NCBI GenBank assembly: GCA_003344405.1
Contig: NOWV01000302.1
Span: 1-58,345 of the forward strand
Source of the DNA: Trichoplax sp. H2
Lineage: Eukaryota
Reading direction: 5' to 3'
Length of the DNA stretch: 58,345 nucleotides
The number at the start of each line of letters is the position of its first letter. Position 1 is the stretch's first letter. This document shows positions 43,885 to 57,320 of this stretch, in pieces. The notes under the pieces are model-generated. The model was given only the letters and a program-made list of their open reading frames with translations. It was not told the DNA's origin and did no database searches. The position numbers and the translations under genes were made by a program.

Positions 43885-46800
43885 CATTTTATCTAAGTGA
43901 TAATATAAAAGAGTATCTATCTTAACTATATAATATCATCATAGTAAAAAAGTTAACTGGCATTTAGCTAACCTATTTCGGGATTCCAATTCTAATTTAT
44001 TTATTATTTTGGCAAATAGAAAAAATGTAATTTGACATTTTGATTTAGGGGAGGTTCGTAAGACATAAAGTTAATAAATATTCCCAAGGTACAGCAGTTA
44101 GCAAGTGCAATAGAAATGATGCGATTATCATTCCAGCTTACAAATTTGATTAGCCTAAACGGATAATCATCGTCCTAAGAGAATAAATAAAAATACTGGT
44201 TTCGATTACCTGCCATCTCATTCAAATTGGGTGAACATCTTCCACTGTCTCTAAATTCACGAGATGCATTCCCTGTAGAAACTGCAACTAATGGTATTTT
44301 AGCCTTCCAACTGAAATGCTTATTATCGGCCTGAATTAAAAATTGAAAAGAAGAGACAAATAAGCCGAAGTAATGTAACTGAATGATTGGATAAGATCAT
44401 ATAAATTACGAATCGATGTTGAATTAGTTTTAGACAGTAAGATATAACTTAAAATTAGTGTTTCTTATCATCCTTATTTCATCAAAAAATTGCGCTACAT
44501 TGCAAAATTTTTGAATAATTCTCCATCATAAGTATTAAATGTGAATGATGTATCATACTCGCGTATCTCTGCCAATGTTGCCCATATAATTCGCTGGAAA
44601 AATCATAGAGCCGAATTTAAATCTTCTCCGAAAATAATCTTGTACCTGAAAGTTATTTATTAAATCAAGATGTAAATTGCCGCTACTATCGTATTCTATT
44701 ATCATAGCCGGTATTGAAAATGTTCCTCAAAAAATACTATGTTACCAGCATCTATAGTACTACTAGCATATCGCACTTAAAACTTTATGTAGGTATGTTA
44801 TATATATGTGAGATATAGATCTGGTATTACAACTTACATCACGATCTCGATAACAGTGAAAGTAAAAAATTAGTAGCCCCTTCATACCAAAATAAATTAA
44901 AATACCATAGTCACCAATTAAGTCAATAGTAAAGGTTATTTTGATAGACAGAAAGCTTAGTGATAAAAATTAAACTTGATTTATGACTATAAAATAGGTA
45001 AGGACTTGCCTGTGGGCAATTCAATATTGTAAACAAGTAAGCAAAAGCAATATTATCTGTAGCATAATACAAGACACCAAAGATCCAAGATATACCAAAA
45101 AGAAAGACTAATGAGATCACGGCTTTTATCCCGATTCTATATTTATAAATGTGCGCACTTCAGTTCTTGATAAGTAATCCACAACTATGGAGAATCAATT
45201 TTTATACAATTCCTGTCGCAAATCTAGATCGTAGCTATAATATCGCTGTTATCCAGCATTAGTGTTATTTTCTTAGAAAATTAATATTAGGAATGTGTAA
45301 TTTTGCGCTATACTTTAATTTTTGAATTTCAGATTTTCGGACCATAGCAGTTACTGAGAAAAGCGATCTGATAGCAGCAATCAAAACGGCAAGATTGCAC
45401 TAAAGCATTCAGTTTAGAACAATAAATCAAAGCATCACTGATTAGTAAGAATATTCGAAACAAATTTTACGCCAAGTTAGTGTTAAGTCAGGTAAGAACG
45501 GAATAGGTTAAGAATAAATAACCCACTAATGATACCCAAATCGTCATGGATATTGTCATAATTGCGCAAGATACCAAATTGATATTGAATTGCTAGATAA
45601 GATGTAGTTTGTGCATATTTCGATCATTACGTTGGAATAACAGCTGTAGTTGCTATCTTACCACAAAGATTATAATGACTGGACCAACGAAAAACCACAT
45701 TTGAAAACTTGTACTTCTAATCCAACAACTGTTAATATAAATTGCTATCAATATCGATTTAATAGAAACAGAAATTCACAGTTTTCTGTTACAATACCGT
45801 TAGTATTGTAAAGTATAAATTTTATAATTTTGGACCTTAAAATGTACTTCAGTAAAAGTAGGTCTTAAATAAGACATTTATATTTTTAGAAGATCGCTAT
45901 GTATTTGCTGATATACCGATACCTCACTGATACTAAATTTAATAAAACTATTATTAGAGTATTTTAATATTATGATTATGATTGCATGTTTAATGTTATA
46001 GTCGCCGAACATTATTCTAGACAAGAGTCTTAGAAAAGTGAGATACCGTAGGAAAATCTGTTTACATATTTACTAGGTTGGTGAACACTTAATTAAGAGA
46101 TAAAAATAGCAATAATAAACATCTTTAACGCGTAGACGTTTTCTATATAACTAGAGTTTCTCTTAAAATAAAAATAACTGTTGTTAACAACTTTAGTTTA
46201 AAACTTGACTTTGTATCTTAAGTTAACTTGTGTTTTCTTGTTCCAACTACTGAATTGTGACATTATCAAGTATTTATAACTTACTAATCTGGATTTCGAT
46301 ATGCATCTAAACCAGATAGCGCTGATATAAGCACTATTACTACTGGAGGTGCTAATATGGGAGCCATTTGAAAAAAATTGTGCGAAAAACAAAAAGACAA
46401 ACATTACTTAGGATTCAATATTTGCATAGTTATCGGACGGTCTTTTACAATCTTCGGAATGAATAGCTCCTAAATAATTCTAACAATAGGCAATACTACG
46501 CTGACAATTAATATAAGATATTAGAACATTAACTATTAGCCGTCCTTATATAACACCATACTAAAGTACACTGGATACCTAAAACTAAAGAAAGTGTGAT
46601 ATCGTTACCTTACTGAAGTAATCGGATACTTTAACCTACCCCATCCTAAAACAAAATAGACCCTTCGAATGTTGGGATTTAGGTTTTTGCGGATAGAAGA
46701 AATTTTTTGCAAGAGCGTTAAGGCTGCCATCATCATCCACGTTAAACTAGCCAAATAGAAAAAGTGTAGTCCAATCGCAATCGCAGTACAAAGAAACTAA

Positions 46801-49800
46801 AATTGAAATAAAAGTAGAATTATTTAAATTGCACTAGTAAATTTCAAGCAATTAATTTTTTACTATGACGTAACAGTAGCCAAGAAGTCTACAACTATCT
46901 GAGGGATAATAGCATTTATTATAGTGGTACGAGAATTTGATCTTAAGGACATGAGATGAATCGTTTGCATGCTAAATCTTTAGAATATAGACTATATACG
47001 TTTCGAAAGACAGATGCAGGGTAAATACAGTAAACGAATCACTTGATAATCAAAATATTAAAATTTCTGAAAGCCTATATTTGATGATTTTTGCCTAAAA
47101 GTCATCATTAATTACCGGTATTTTTGCTGCACGTATACCAACTAAAAATCCACAAATAGATACCGCCATAGCGATAGCTAAATTCAGATGAACGAAGCTC
47201 TTTACTGGATCTAGTTTTCTGTTTGAAAATATTAATGAAGACATTATTATTAAGATAGTATCGATATCCATTGAATTTACAGTACTGCAGATCAAGAAAT
47301 GTTTGCGATTTTAGAAACTTTCTTGCTACCATTCTATTCAATGGATATTATATTATCAATAGCGTGGGTAGCATGCAGATCTTATTTATTCAATGTAGAT
47401 GATTTTATCGATAGTATCGATATCTTTTAAATAAATTATCCTTAACGAATGCTACCGTATGCTTAATCTGAATGTAAGTAGCTTGATCGCTACTGCATAT
47501 TATTAATCTATTGTTGTTGACTAATACATTACTGTCCTCATCCTTTATCTATTCTTTTATTATTAGTAGCATATTATTGTGTTACAGTCATGCATCGCTG
47601 AGAATTTAAAATAAAAATTAAAAATAATTTCTCGTCGGCCTTTATTAAAGCTAAAAATTGGCCTTGCACTGTCTTGAATTATTTTATATCGTATTTTACA
47701 GCAATCTTACTAACCTGATGCTAATGAATATAGTTATCATGATAAGCAGAGCAAGTAGGGAAATGCTGCAGCCTATATAAGTGATCCAACGGAGGGATAT
47801 TTTGTATGGCCCAGCAAGCGCCTAAAACGGTAGTCGATTATTATCAGTTGATATAACATCGAATTCAGTAAGGTAAGATAGTTTATGATTACATTCAAAA
47901 TCTTCTAAATTAACTATAGCATCTGCTGGAAGTAAATTGAACTTAAGTCTACAGTAATTTGTGCTTTCTGAAGTGATATAAACTACGCAATAGAGAAAAC
48001 TATCTTGCGTTCAAGAAAATGTGTAGTTTGAAAACGGTATTAACTAGTAAAACAATGGATAAAGTACTGCCTAAGCAGATTGCAGCTTACGGTATGTTTA
48101 ATAAACAAATTCTCCGTTAAGCATAAAATCTATAGTAAAAAGATGAGTAATTTGCTGTTTTCTAAAACTATTATTGCCATCTATTATGTCATTGCCTATA
48201 AATAATTACACATCGACATTGTCTTTAAACTACGCTTAATTCATCAAAACCCTTAACTTCATTTCTTCTTACCTTAGAACGTTGCATAAGGACCGCAAAA
48301 TTTGTAAAATGGACTGTCGTGCAGTGTACTTGAGTCGAATTGTATTCCAATAATTCCATTCCGAATTCTGACCAATGACTTTATCATGATTATGCGCGTA
48401 CATAATGAAGTATGAGCGTCGTTACGATTAGTAAGACAAAATCTTACGATAATACACCTTTGCATGTTAAATTTTATTTAAAGTTTGGAGTAATATTATA
48501 ATCACAAAATAAAGATACTTTATCCTTTTCAATCGTGGTAGACTAATGTTTGATCTTTCTCTTTTGAGCTACATTTACATGTTTTAGTGTTACATTTGTA
48601 TTAGTATGGCAGTTAAGTTAACTTACTTCTTCTCCCAATATGTGCATTGATAAGGTGGATTGGCCTAATAGAATAGCAACCGTAATTGTATTAGTTTTTA
48701 GTCAAAATAAAAAATAATCAATAAATTGATATGATCAAACTAAACTGACCTGCTGATTTTGTAGCTTAAAGTAGAAATGAACAGGTAATGCAAATTTATC
48801 AGCTTGTAGTGGATACACGGAACAAGACAAGAAAGTGGAAATGATGACACTAGAGAAAATTTAAGTAACACTACTTAAAAATATCTGCACTATTAATGAA
48901 GTGAAAGAATTTGAAACCTCAATGAGTACCGTAGTCAGTTTTATGTCATATGATTGTGTAAATTTAAATCTATACCTGTCGTTATTGCTTTCATGAGTAT
49001 TGTTTTTTGCCCAACTTGTGCCTACATTATACGATCTCACTACCACCGTGACAGAATCGTCTAAATGTTTTTTATAAAATTATAAGCAAGCGGACTATTA
49101 TCAAGTCTAGCAGGACAATAAAGTTACATGTATGATTACTATTTGTTCATCCAGTAGCTTCGTAAAATTGGATATACAGTATATTTAAAATTATACTATG
49201 AAATAACCTAAAAATATCGTCTGTTCAGAGAAAACTAATTTCAATATTACTTCCGAGTTTTATCAACACAGGTACTATAGATCAGATTACGACTAAAATA
49301 AGGATATCACTAAAAATACGATACGCATCAAGTACCCTGATCAGAAAATTGGAAAGCCGAACGGGGAATCTCTACTCCGACTACAGGCTCGTCGGATAAT
49401 GATAATGCTAAATTAATTGTTGGCTTGGTATCTGATAATGAAATTCCTTGAATGATTAATTCTTTTCATAAGATGAAAGCCACCAGTGGGCAGTGGGATA
49501 AATCACAAGAAATAAAAATTAGTTAGTTAAAGTGATCTTACTAACTTAATCATAATAGTTTACTTTATATGGATTCAGTATATCAGCAATAACGATCTCA
49601 CAAGTACGATTCCATTTTTGAAATAGTAACTTAATCGTAGCAATACTACATATGAAAGCGTTAATATTACGAACTTTTAAGAAACCTAATGATATACATT
49701 TAAAATTACAATTCGCTATAACAATTTTAACACTAGTTATCTTCAGTAAATACCCGATTGAGGTGTAGCGAAAGTAAATCGCGTAGTAATGTTAGCTTGA

Positions 49801-52800
49801 TGAATTTCTCTTGCCAAATTTGCATCAAATTTATCGATTCGCTTGAAAACAGTATTTTTATTCTATAGAAAGGAATATAGATGTGACTGATCTGGTCAAA
49901 TATTTATTGTTGCTAGTTCTAATTATCCTATCTCAATCATTTAAAAGTATCATATACGATCCAAATAAATTATGATTTTATCTCTTCTAGTGTAATGAAA
50001 TTGGTCTTTACGAAATAATTTGAATGAAACATCAAGGTATGAAACTTTACTACTATGATATTCTAATAGATATCCCTATTTTGCAAACCTTTTCAACTTC
50101 ATTTCTGATACTTGCCATAAATTGACTGTTAGCAAGTTGTATCTTCGTAATCTATATAATCAGTAAAAGTGTGGGTATTTTAACTTATACAGCGAAATTG
50201 AATATTCATTCTTGGTTAATACCATTCTATCATACCCCTATATTGCAACATACATATGTAAATATTATTGTCAGATGGCACTAGGAAGATTTTAAGAATC
50301 TAATACTGCTTAGCATGTTAATCTTTGTTTGAATGTAATAACTACTAACTTTATTGGATATAAGGTACGGTACTGTATCAGGTTACCCCTAACAGCCAAT
50401 ATACGGTATTTCAATTTTAAAGAAAATAGTGGACAGCCGACTATTTTACGCCACATACTTTACTGCTCTACTATATATTACCATCATATAGTGTGTTTAC
50501 CAGGTCTCTACATGTTTTAATGACAGTAAATGTATGTATTATTCTTATACTAAAAGTTGTAGAAAGTACTCTACTCATACGTCGGTTTAAATCACATCTT
50601 TTTCAATTTTACTTATATGGAAACTTTTTAAACACACCGTACTTTCAAGTTACATAACTGCTTAAATTTTGCTGAAAATACTACAGTAACCATCTAGTCA
50701 GTAAGCTTGCTAAAAGTTTTACAGTTACTATACGGTGTTTCAATTTTTAAGATACTAGCTCAGCAGCCCGTCGTTTAATTGCCGACAGTATGCATAAGAA
50801 ATCTTATGATTATCATTAACCATTTCATTATTCTCGACATCAGGTGCAATATGGCTTTCGCTATCCAAGGACGAAGGCTGATACAGTAGAGTACTTGCGG
50901 TTGCTATCGTAATAATAATAATGTAGTATTAATGAAATAGTGAAAGGATAAAGATCATAAGATATTAGGACCAATTAAAATTACACCGCACGATATTGTA
51001 GAAACAGTATAGTCATAACTGCTCTTTAAATTAGAGACGTAAAGAGGACTGAAATCAATGATGATTTATTACCGGTAATAGCTGTAGTGGTGGAAACGAT
51101 ATTCGAACTGTCAGATTTCAACAAATCGGATAAATGTTGATGATGGATAGTTGTACGCTCTGTATCGCACACACTTGCACTTCCAATAGAGATATCATTG
51201 GCACTGAAATTATCTATTAGAGCATCCAATGATCTTAAATTATCAACAAGCTTGAAATGAAGTACATAAAAAGCGAAAGTTCACAAATTTACTTGTTGAA
51301 GGAAAATGATTTTCAAAGGCACTAGAGCTGATATGAAAGTAGCAAGTATCGGAAGCCTTCAATTGTACTTGACTCGTTGTACTCGCAGGCATGATGATAC
51401 TCATACCAGAATTATTATTGGTCCGTAAATTACTTAAGACTGATTGATCATGGAAACTTTCGTCATCACTTACAACAATCACACTTGTTACCGAAGTCAT
51501 TTTAGAAGTTTTATCCATAATACTCGACGAGATAGTGGACAAGGCTAATGAATCCTCGTACGCTTTTGAATTAGTATCAAAATCTAATGTAGTGGTAGCA
51601 ATCACTTGCGAGGTGCTAGACATGGTTGCAATTTTGTTACTATCAAAATCAACATTAACCAAGAAGCTAGAGGATGAAAGCTGATTATAGATGTTGGTAC
51701 TGTCTTCACCCACTATCACGCTTGCTGTTGAGATAATATTTCAGAGTATTATTGATATGGACAATAAATAATGTAGATATATATTTTCACACTTACTTGA
51801 ATTATAGATGGAATTAAAAATAGCAGTTGGTAGAAATTGCGTTTCGCTACTTGCTATCATGCCAATATTGACTAATAAATTAGACGACAAAGACGAATAA
51901 TGGTTCTGGCTAGTAGAGCTTTCTCTATCACTAGCTATTTTATTTGTTATTAAGAAAATATTCACTTCATTATCAGCGACAGAAACGGATGATATTGATG
52001 GATCCTCGTTCTTGCTTGAAGTAATAATCAAATTTAAATTACTAGATGGTAGTAACTGTGATCCACCAGTAGTCGTGAAGGTCAAATTACTAGTATAGCT
52101 GTTACTCAGTAATAAGCTAGATGAAGTTGAATGATCATCTCGGACTACTGAACTTTCTTCATCATTACTACTATAGCTGCTACTAAGTAATAAACTAGAT
52201 GAAGTTGAATTATCATCTCGGACTACTAAACTTTCTTCAGTACTAACTATCGTTTCTGCTGTTGAAACGGTCTCGATATTACTATCAACAGCCAAAGAGG
52301 ACAATGATGGAGACCCATTTACATACTTAGCTGAAGTCAATAATTCTAATTCACTGGAAGTACTGTCGCTTAGGATTCTAGTATTGGTGGATAAGGTAGT
52401 CAATGATGATGATAGTAAATTTATGCCATTGTTTTCAGTATCCCATCGCACAGTTATAGAAGTGGATAGATCTAACTGACCATTAGCAGTTGTTGTTAAA
52501 ATAATATTTTCGCTGATTGAAGTTGACATCTCCACAAGGGAATTTAGTTGGCTAGTAGAAACAGTTGACGTTGCTGAACTTGTGCAGGTAATACTTGAAG
52601 AAGTGGAAGAAGATACGCTAATTGGTCTTTGACAAATGTATTTAAGATCAGTAGCACAGTCATCATCACGCCAGTAAAAATTTGATGAATCAAGCTTGAC
52701 AATATGAACACATCTATTGCTAGCATTCATTGGATAATTAGTCTTCCAAAACTGTGAACCAGTTGTAACACTTCGACCAGTTGCCATCCAGTAATAATCG

Positions 52801-55800
52801 CTGATGACATTGTATCCCGATCTATCTTTTAACCCTATCCAGTAATTTGCTACAGATTCTAGAATTTCATCTAGGTTTCCATGAATTGTAGGGGTATTGT
52901 CAACTGCTAAGTCACCACCAGGAAATACTTGACAAGCAGTCCGGGCATTATCGAAAGATTTAATAGTTGAAAAACCCTTAAAACAACCATCAGCTATTCC
53001 TGTCCATCCATCAGCACATTCTTCTGTTCATAACAGATTTGATAATTAGCTAAAATTTAAAATTTCGTATTCTACTGCATTTTAAACATATTAACAATAA
53101 AGTTACGTCTAGAAAGTTAGGATCAGTCACTTGATTACAGAAAGTGTAGTACGACCGCATTGTCTAGATAAGCGCAGAAAATTACTCTTTTCAATCTTAA
53201 ACTAAAGGTTACCCAAATCTTAGAATGTCGAATAAAGTTACTGTGTTACTAAAGATTAGCTTCATTTTCATCAATCTCATCATACAAGAAGACTCTATAA
53301 CAAAAATATAACTAAGTCTTGGAGGATAAGATTTACCGAAAAGAGATACATATTTAGAAATTTATCAAAAGCTAATTGAGCTCAATATTTACCGATATTA
53401 TTACTACTATGGATTGATCTCACTCCCTCTTAAACTACACTTATGCTAATTTTTAACTTACTACCCTAATTATGTCATAATTATCGCTATTGTAACCTTA
53501 CTTTGTCTGTATTATCCTACAGCCAAGGTTATTTTGAGTATTTTCTATAGTATATCAGGGCATCATTTTCAGTAATCAGACTTGCTATAACGTAACTTAG
53601 TATGGGATTATAGATTCTTAGCCATGATTAGTATGATTTACGATAGCGTAACTTTCTATATTTATCTTAAGATATATTTAGTAGATCATAAGCATAAACT
53701 GTAGTGGAAAATTCTATGCTGCAGTATCGATGGGTATATACTGTACAGTAGCTTATCGAGTAACTATAAAAGTTAGAGGTAAAAATAAAACTATAATTTA
53801 TATATTAAAACTTGTTCAGTTCATCGTACTCTGACTGATACAAATAGTGTCTACGTAAGTACTGTAGTAGTTTTTGTATTGGATTAATGAAGGTCCGTTG
53901 TAAAATGCTGCTAATATTAATCTGAATAAATGTAAAATATGGTAGAATATGCGATGCTGATTGTAACTGCGAATGTTACGAAAAGTATATAAGCTGGCAA
54001 CTTAGATTATTCTAGAAGTTCTTTCTAGAAGTACTTAGTCCTTAGCACTATGTACATCGCTTAACCTTCATTTCTATCACGGGCAAACAAACAAACTTTC
54101 ATTGTTATATATGCAAGAGTTATTTTTCCTCACCAACATTGTTTAAAGCTAATATCTCCTTCATTAATTCTTTCTTGCTAGTATAATAAATCTGTTTTTC
54201 TAATAATTGTAGTTGTCTTTACAATTAATATATGTAATCATTAGCTATGGTTTCCTTACATCAAGAAAGCAAATCATTCAAGAATAAACTAATCAAGTAC
54301 TCAGAAATTTAATCTATTAGTATATTTCTGTAATAAATCCGATATATAATTACTTAGATCTTATATTGAGCAATGCCAACTTAACTAACCTTGAGCATTT
54401 ACTGTCATCACGATGATGCAAAAAACCTAAGTAAATTAAGATAATAAAATCAATTCACATAATAGAAAGTAGCAGAAATTTATTAATCACGCCGTACAAT
54501 TTTAGGCTTTTGCGGCAATTTATTCCATCATAATTATAATTCTAAATATTTAATTATTACGGTGTTGCCTTGCCGTTAAGATAGTTTAATAAGTACAGTA
54601 GTAGCCAATATAGAAAGTATCCATATTTGTAGTGCTAGGCAAGATAAGTAACGACTAAACGTGGATGTTATTTGTGATAGTTCATTACAGATTTGATAAA
54701 GATTGTTATTGTGTGATAGACGTAGTAAAATGATTCAAGTTTTAGTTGATGATAGTTGAATTAGACAACCTACATGCTTAGATTAAGATTATGTATGAGT
54801 AAGGCATTCAAAATATTTACTGATAAAAAGCTACGTAAGGAACTTCTCAGTTTAAGATGTTTCTCTAAGTAATAATAATAATGCTGTTGTTATTTACAAA
54901 TTAGACGGTTTCTATACAAACGGGAACATTTGAGTTGAGTTGTATGGTGAAAATTTGTAGATGTATCTTTGCTAATATAAGTTTTATCTTCGCTGTATTT
55001 TGCTGTATGTGTTTAAGGTTAAGTAAAAGGGCGTTCTAGTCAGTAGCTACTTATGGGCTTTTACTGTACATTACCTTATCGTAGAATTGAAATTGCGGCA
55101 TCAATACAGCGAAGAGACTCAATAAATTGATGAAACAGATATTGTAGAATTATCGTAGCGCTAAATATTTGCATAGCGGTCAAATTTGAGGTCATAATCT
55201 ATCGATCAGAAAATAGTATGGCTTTAAAGTAAAATGAATAATTTATTAGGTATATCATGGAATTATTATAGGGTAAGATTACATAAAACTAGATAAAAGC
55301 GAATTAGCTATAAACTATGAGAAATTTTTAATTATTAGCTTCGAAAATTTTAAAATGTTACAACGCTATCAGTATCGTAAAGCATAAATCTCATAATTTA
55401 TCAACCATTATCTACTTGAGTAGAGGTATGTCCCAGGGCATTTATATACTTAGAAAGTCCACATGTAGTTGTTGCGTAGCTTATTATTGTAAAATTTAGT
55501 AGAAACTATTATGAGTATGTTTTGATAATGTGTACGTCTGTAACTTACTTGTCTAGTGCTACGACTTCAGAACATTACTTTAAACAAGGGAAGTATAAAG
55601 AGTAAGATAATGTAGGAAAACCTATTTGTATATTTACTAGTATTATAAATCCCAAGTTAGGAATAGTGATAGTGAAAATAATATGTTTTTGTTGACTATA
55701 TTTCCTATTTAACTCGGATCTTTTCGTTTAATAAAAATTTACTAAAACTATACGAGTCTTGTCGTAGCCAAGACTTTGATTCTGTGTTTCAATGATAAGA

Positions 55801-56308
55801 AGTTCTTTCTATTACAACGATGGGCTGTGGCAAAAAGACATTGCTAATAGAATACCTACAACTAAAACTCATATCACTGCTTCAGAATATTCAAAATTAC
55901 ACAATAGCCAACTTGATATGATCAGATTTTAGTTGGGTTCTTAGCTATAACCTTTAATATCTGCAGAATAAGCAATTACGCGTGTAATAGTAGTTAAATT
56001 GTATACGCTCATATATATATATATATTGCTATAGAAACGTAAGAATATAAGTATGAGTCTAAAAGTGGATATGGACTTGAAATAAAATACTTTAATCTTA
56101 ACTGAGGTAAATAGTGCTTCTTTTAAAGCATAGAATATCGGAATAAAATTAATTAGTAAAGAGAACGCGAAATAATTTACTAGCCGTATCCGAAGTATTC
56201 GCCATTATTACCATAAACCTTAAATAATATAAAGTAAAATATTAAAAATGTCAAAATTACCAAAATAAATAATATTCGGTTTATTCGGCTAGAGCGAAGG
56301 GAGATCAT
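43675..56308 (-). CDS. Adhesion GPCR paralog C (CTLD + Ser/Thr stalk + GAIN/GPS + 7TM)
   Basis: Exon 1 56308-56261 (MISLRSSRINRILFIL); exon 2 54426-54390; CTLD/stalk exon 53023-51797 (ECADGWTGIADGCF...YWIGL...WRDDDC...YICQR); further stalk exons; 50903-50821; GAIN exons; GPS exon 48378-48273 (HCTTVHFTNFAVLMQ); TM exons at about 47.82-44.84 kb; microexon 43991-43973; last exon 43753-43675. Requires a 72-nt intron (51796-51725) and one GC donor (45009). Confidence 0.9.
46053..46265 (+). repeat. Dispersed repeat family R2, copy in the TM4-TM5 intron of C
   Basis: Colinear with 57110-57320 (TTTACTAGG...ATAGCAATAATAA...GTTAACTTGT.TTTTCTTGTTC...CTACTGAATTGT). Confidence 0.8.
52086..52239 (-). repeat. 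78-bp in-frame tandem duplication in the stalk of C
   Basis: EESLVVRDDNSTSSSLLLSSSYSSN followed by EESSVVRDDHSTSSSLLLSNSYTSN; units start at 52086 and 52164. Confidence 0.95.
53590..54035 (+). repeat. Dispersed repeat family R1, copy 3 (intron 2 of C)
   Basis: Contains GTCTACGTAAGTAC, TATTGGATTAATGA and ATGCTGATTGTAACTGCGAA in the same order as copy 1. Confidence 0.8.
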
Positions 56309-56909
56309 TATTGCAGCAACTTGGTAATAAGAGATATTAACGATATACTGTATTAATTCAATACTATTTGTTTACATCTACGTGCTATCTAAACTATATA
56401 TGGTATACTGAACACCTAAAATATTCTACTTTTAATTCTCTTAGCACTATCATGAGTTAAATAATTTGCTATATTTACTTATAGTAATAAGTCCACTGAA
56501 TTTGGGCATCATCAACAATACAAACAACATCTGGAGTATACGTCAGACCAAGAATAAAGAAAACTGTTTGATAAAAATACATTTTTAGGCAGTATAGCAA
56601 CCGAGAGCATTGCTATGTTAGATGTAAATATTGTTTGCTGTAATCTGTAATTAAGTAATTGATTTTGAGCATCGATACAACAACATCATTACTTTATGAT
56701 CATTCTTGAACACCTGATATAACATTGATACAATTGTGCAAGTAATTTCAGAAATTGTTTCAAAGAATGACGCATTGTATTAATTTTTTTCTTTTCTTTA
56801 AGTGGTGATGCATCTGTGCGGAATATCCGATACGATAATCTATTATATGTACTGATATGATTCCAATTGAGATGTAGATATAAATACTGGAGTACCGCAT
56901 TGAATTGTG

Positions 56910-57107
56910 GTATAACCGATCACGAAATTACAAAATTGCTAGAAAATAAGAACTTCTTCAGATCTTTATACAACATAATCTACACACAACTCTACTCTAG
57001 CCGAATACAACTACTAGAAAGACTTCTAGACATAATTACTGAATAATCAAAAATTGCCTACTTAAATGCTCTTCGTAACATTTGCAGTTACAATCCGCAC
57101 AGCAACA
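56910..57107 (-). repeat. Dispersed repeat family R1, partial copy 4
   Basis: Colinear with 34465-34656 (ACCGATCACGAAATT...TAGCCGAATAC...TACAATCCGCA); ends abruptly where R2 begins. Confidence 0.8.
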
Positions 57108-57109
57108 AT

Positions 57110-57320
57110 TAAATTTGTTTATGCGTTTACTAGGGTGATGAACGCTGAATGAAGAGATAGAGATAGCAATAATAACATGTTTATGCATAGAAGTTTTCCA
57201 TACAACCAGAATTTTTCTTGAAAGAAAGATAACTGATATTAATGACTTTAGTTCTAAACTTGAATTTAAATCTTAGGTTAACTTGTATTTTTCTTGTTCT
57301 ATCTACTGAATTGTAGCAGT
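57110..57320 (+). repeat. Dispersed repeat family R2, copy upstream of C
   Basis: Colinear with 46053-46265. Confidence 0.8.

Noticed and set aside
44139..44175. Extra tail exon in C
   Set aside because: It would need an intron of only about 35 nt and gives an immediate stop; no counterpart in A or B.
50392..50784. Short diverged direct repeat (TATACGGT.TTTCAATTTT) in an intron of C
   Set aside because: About 60 bp and low identity; too weak to interpret.
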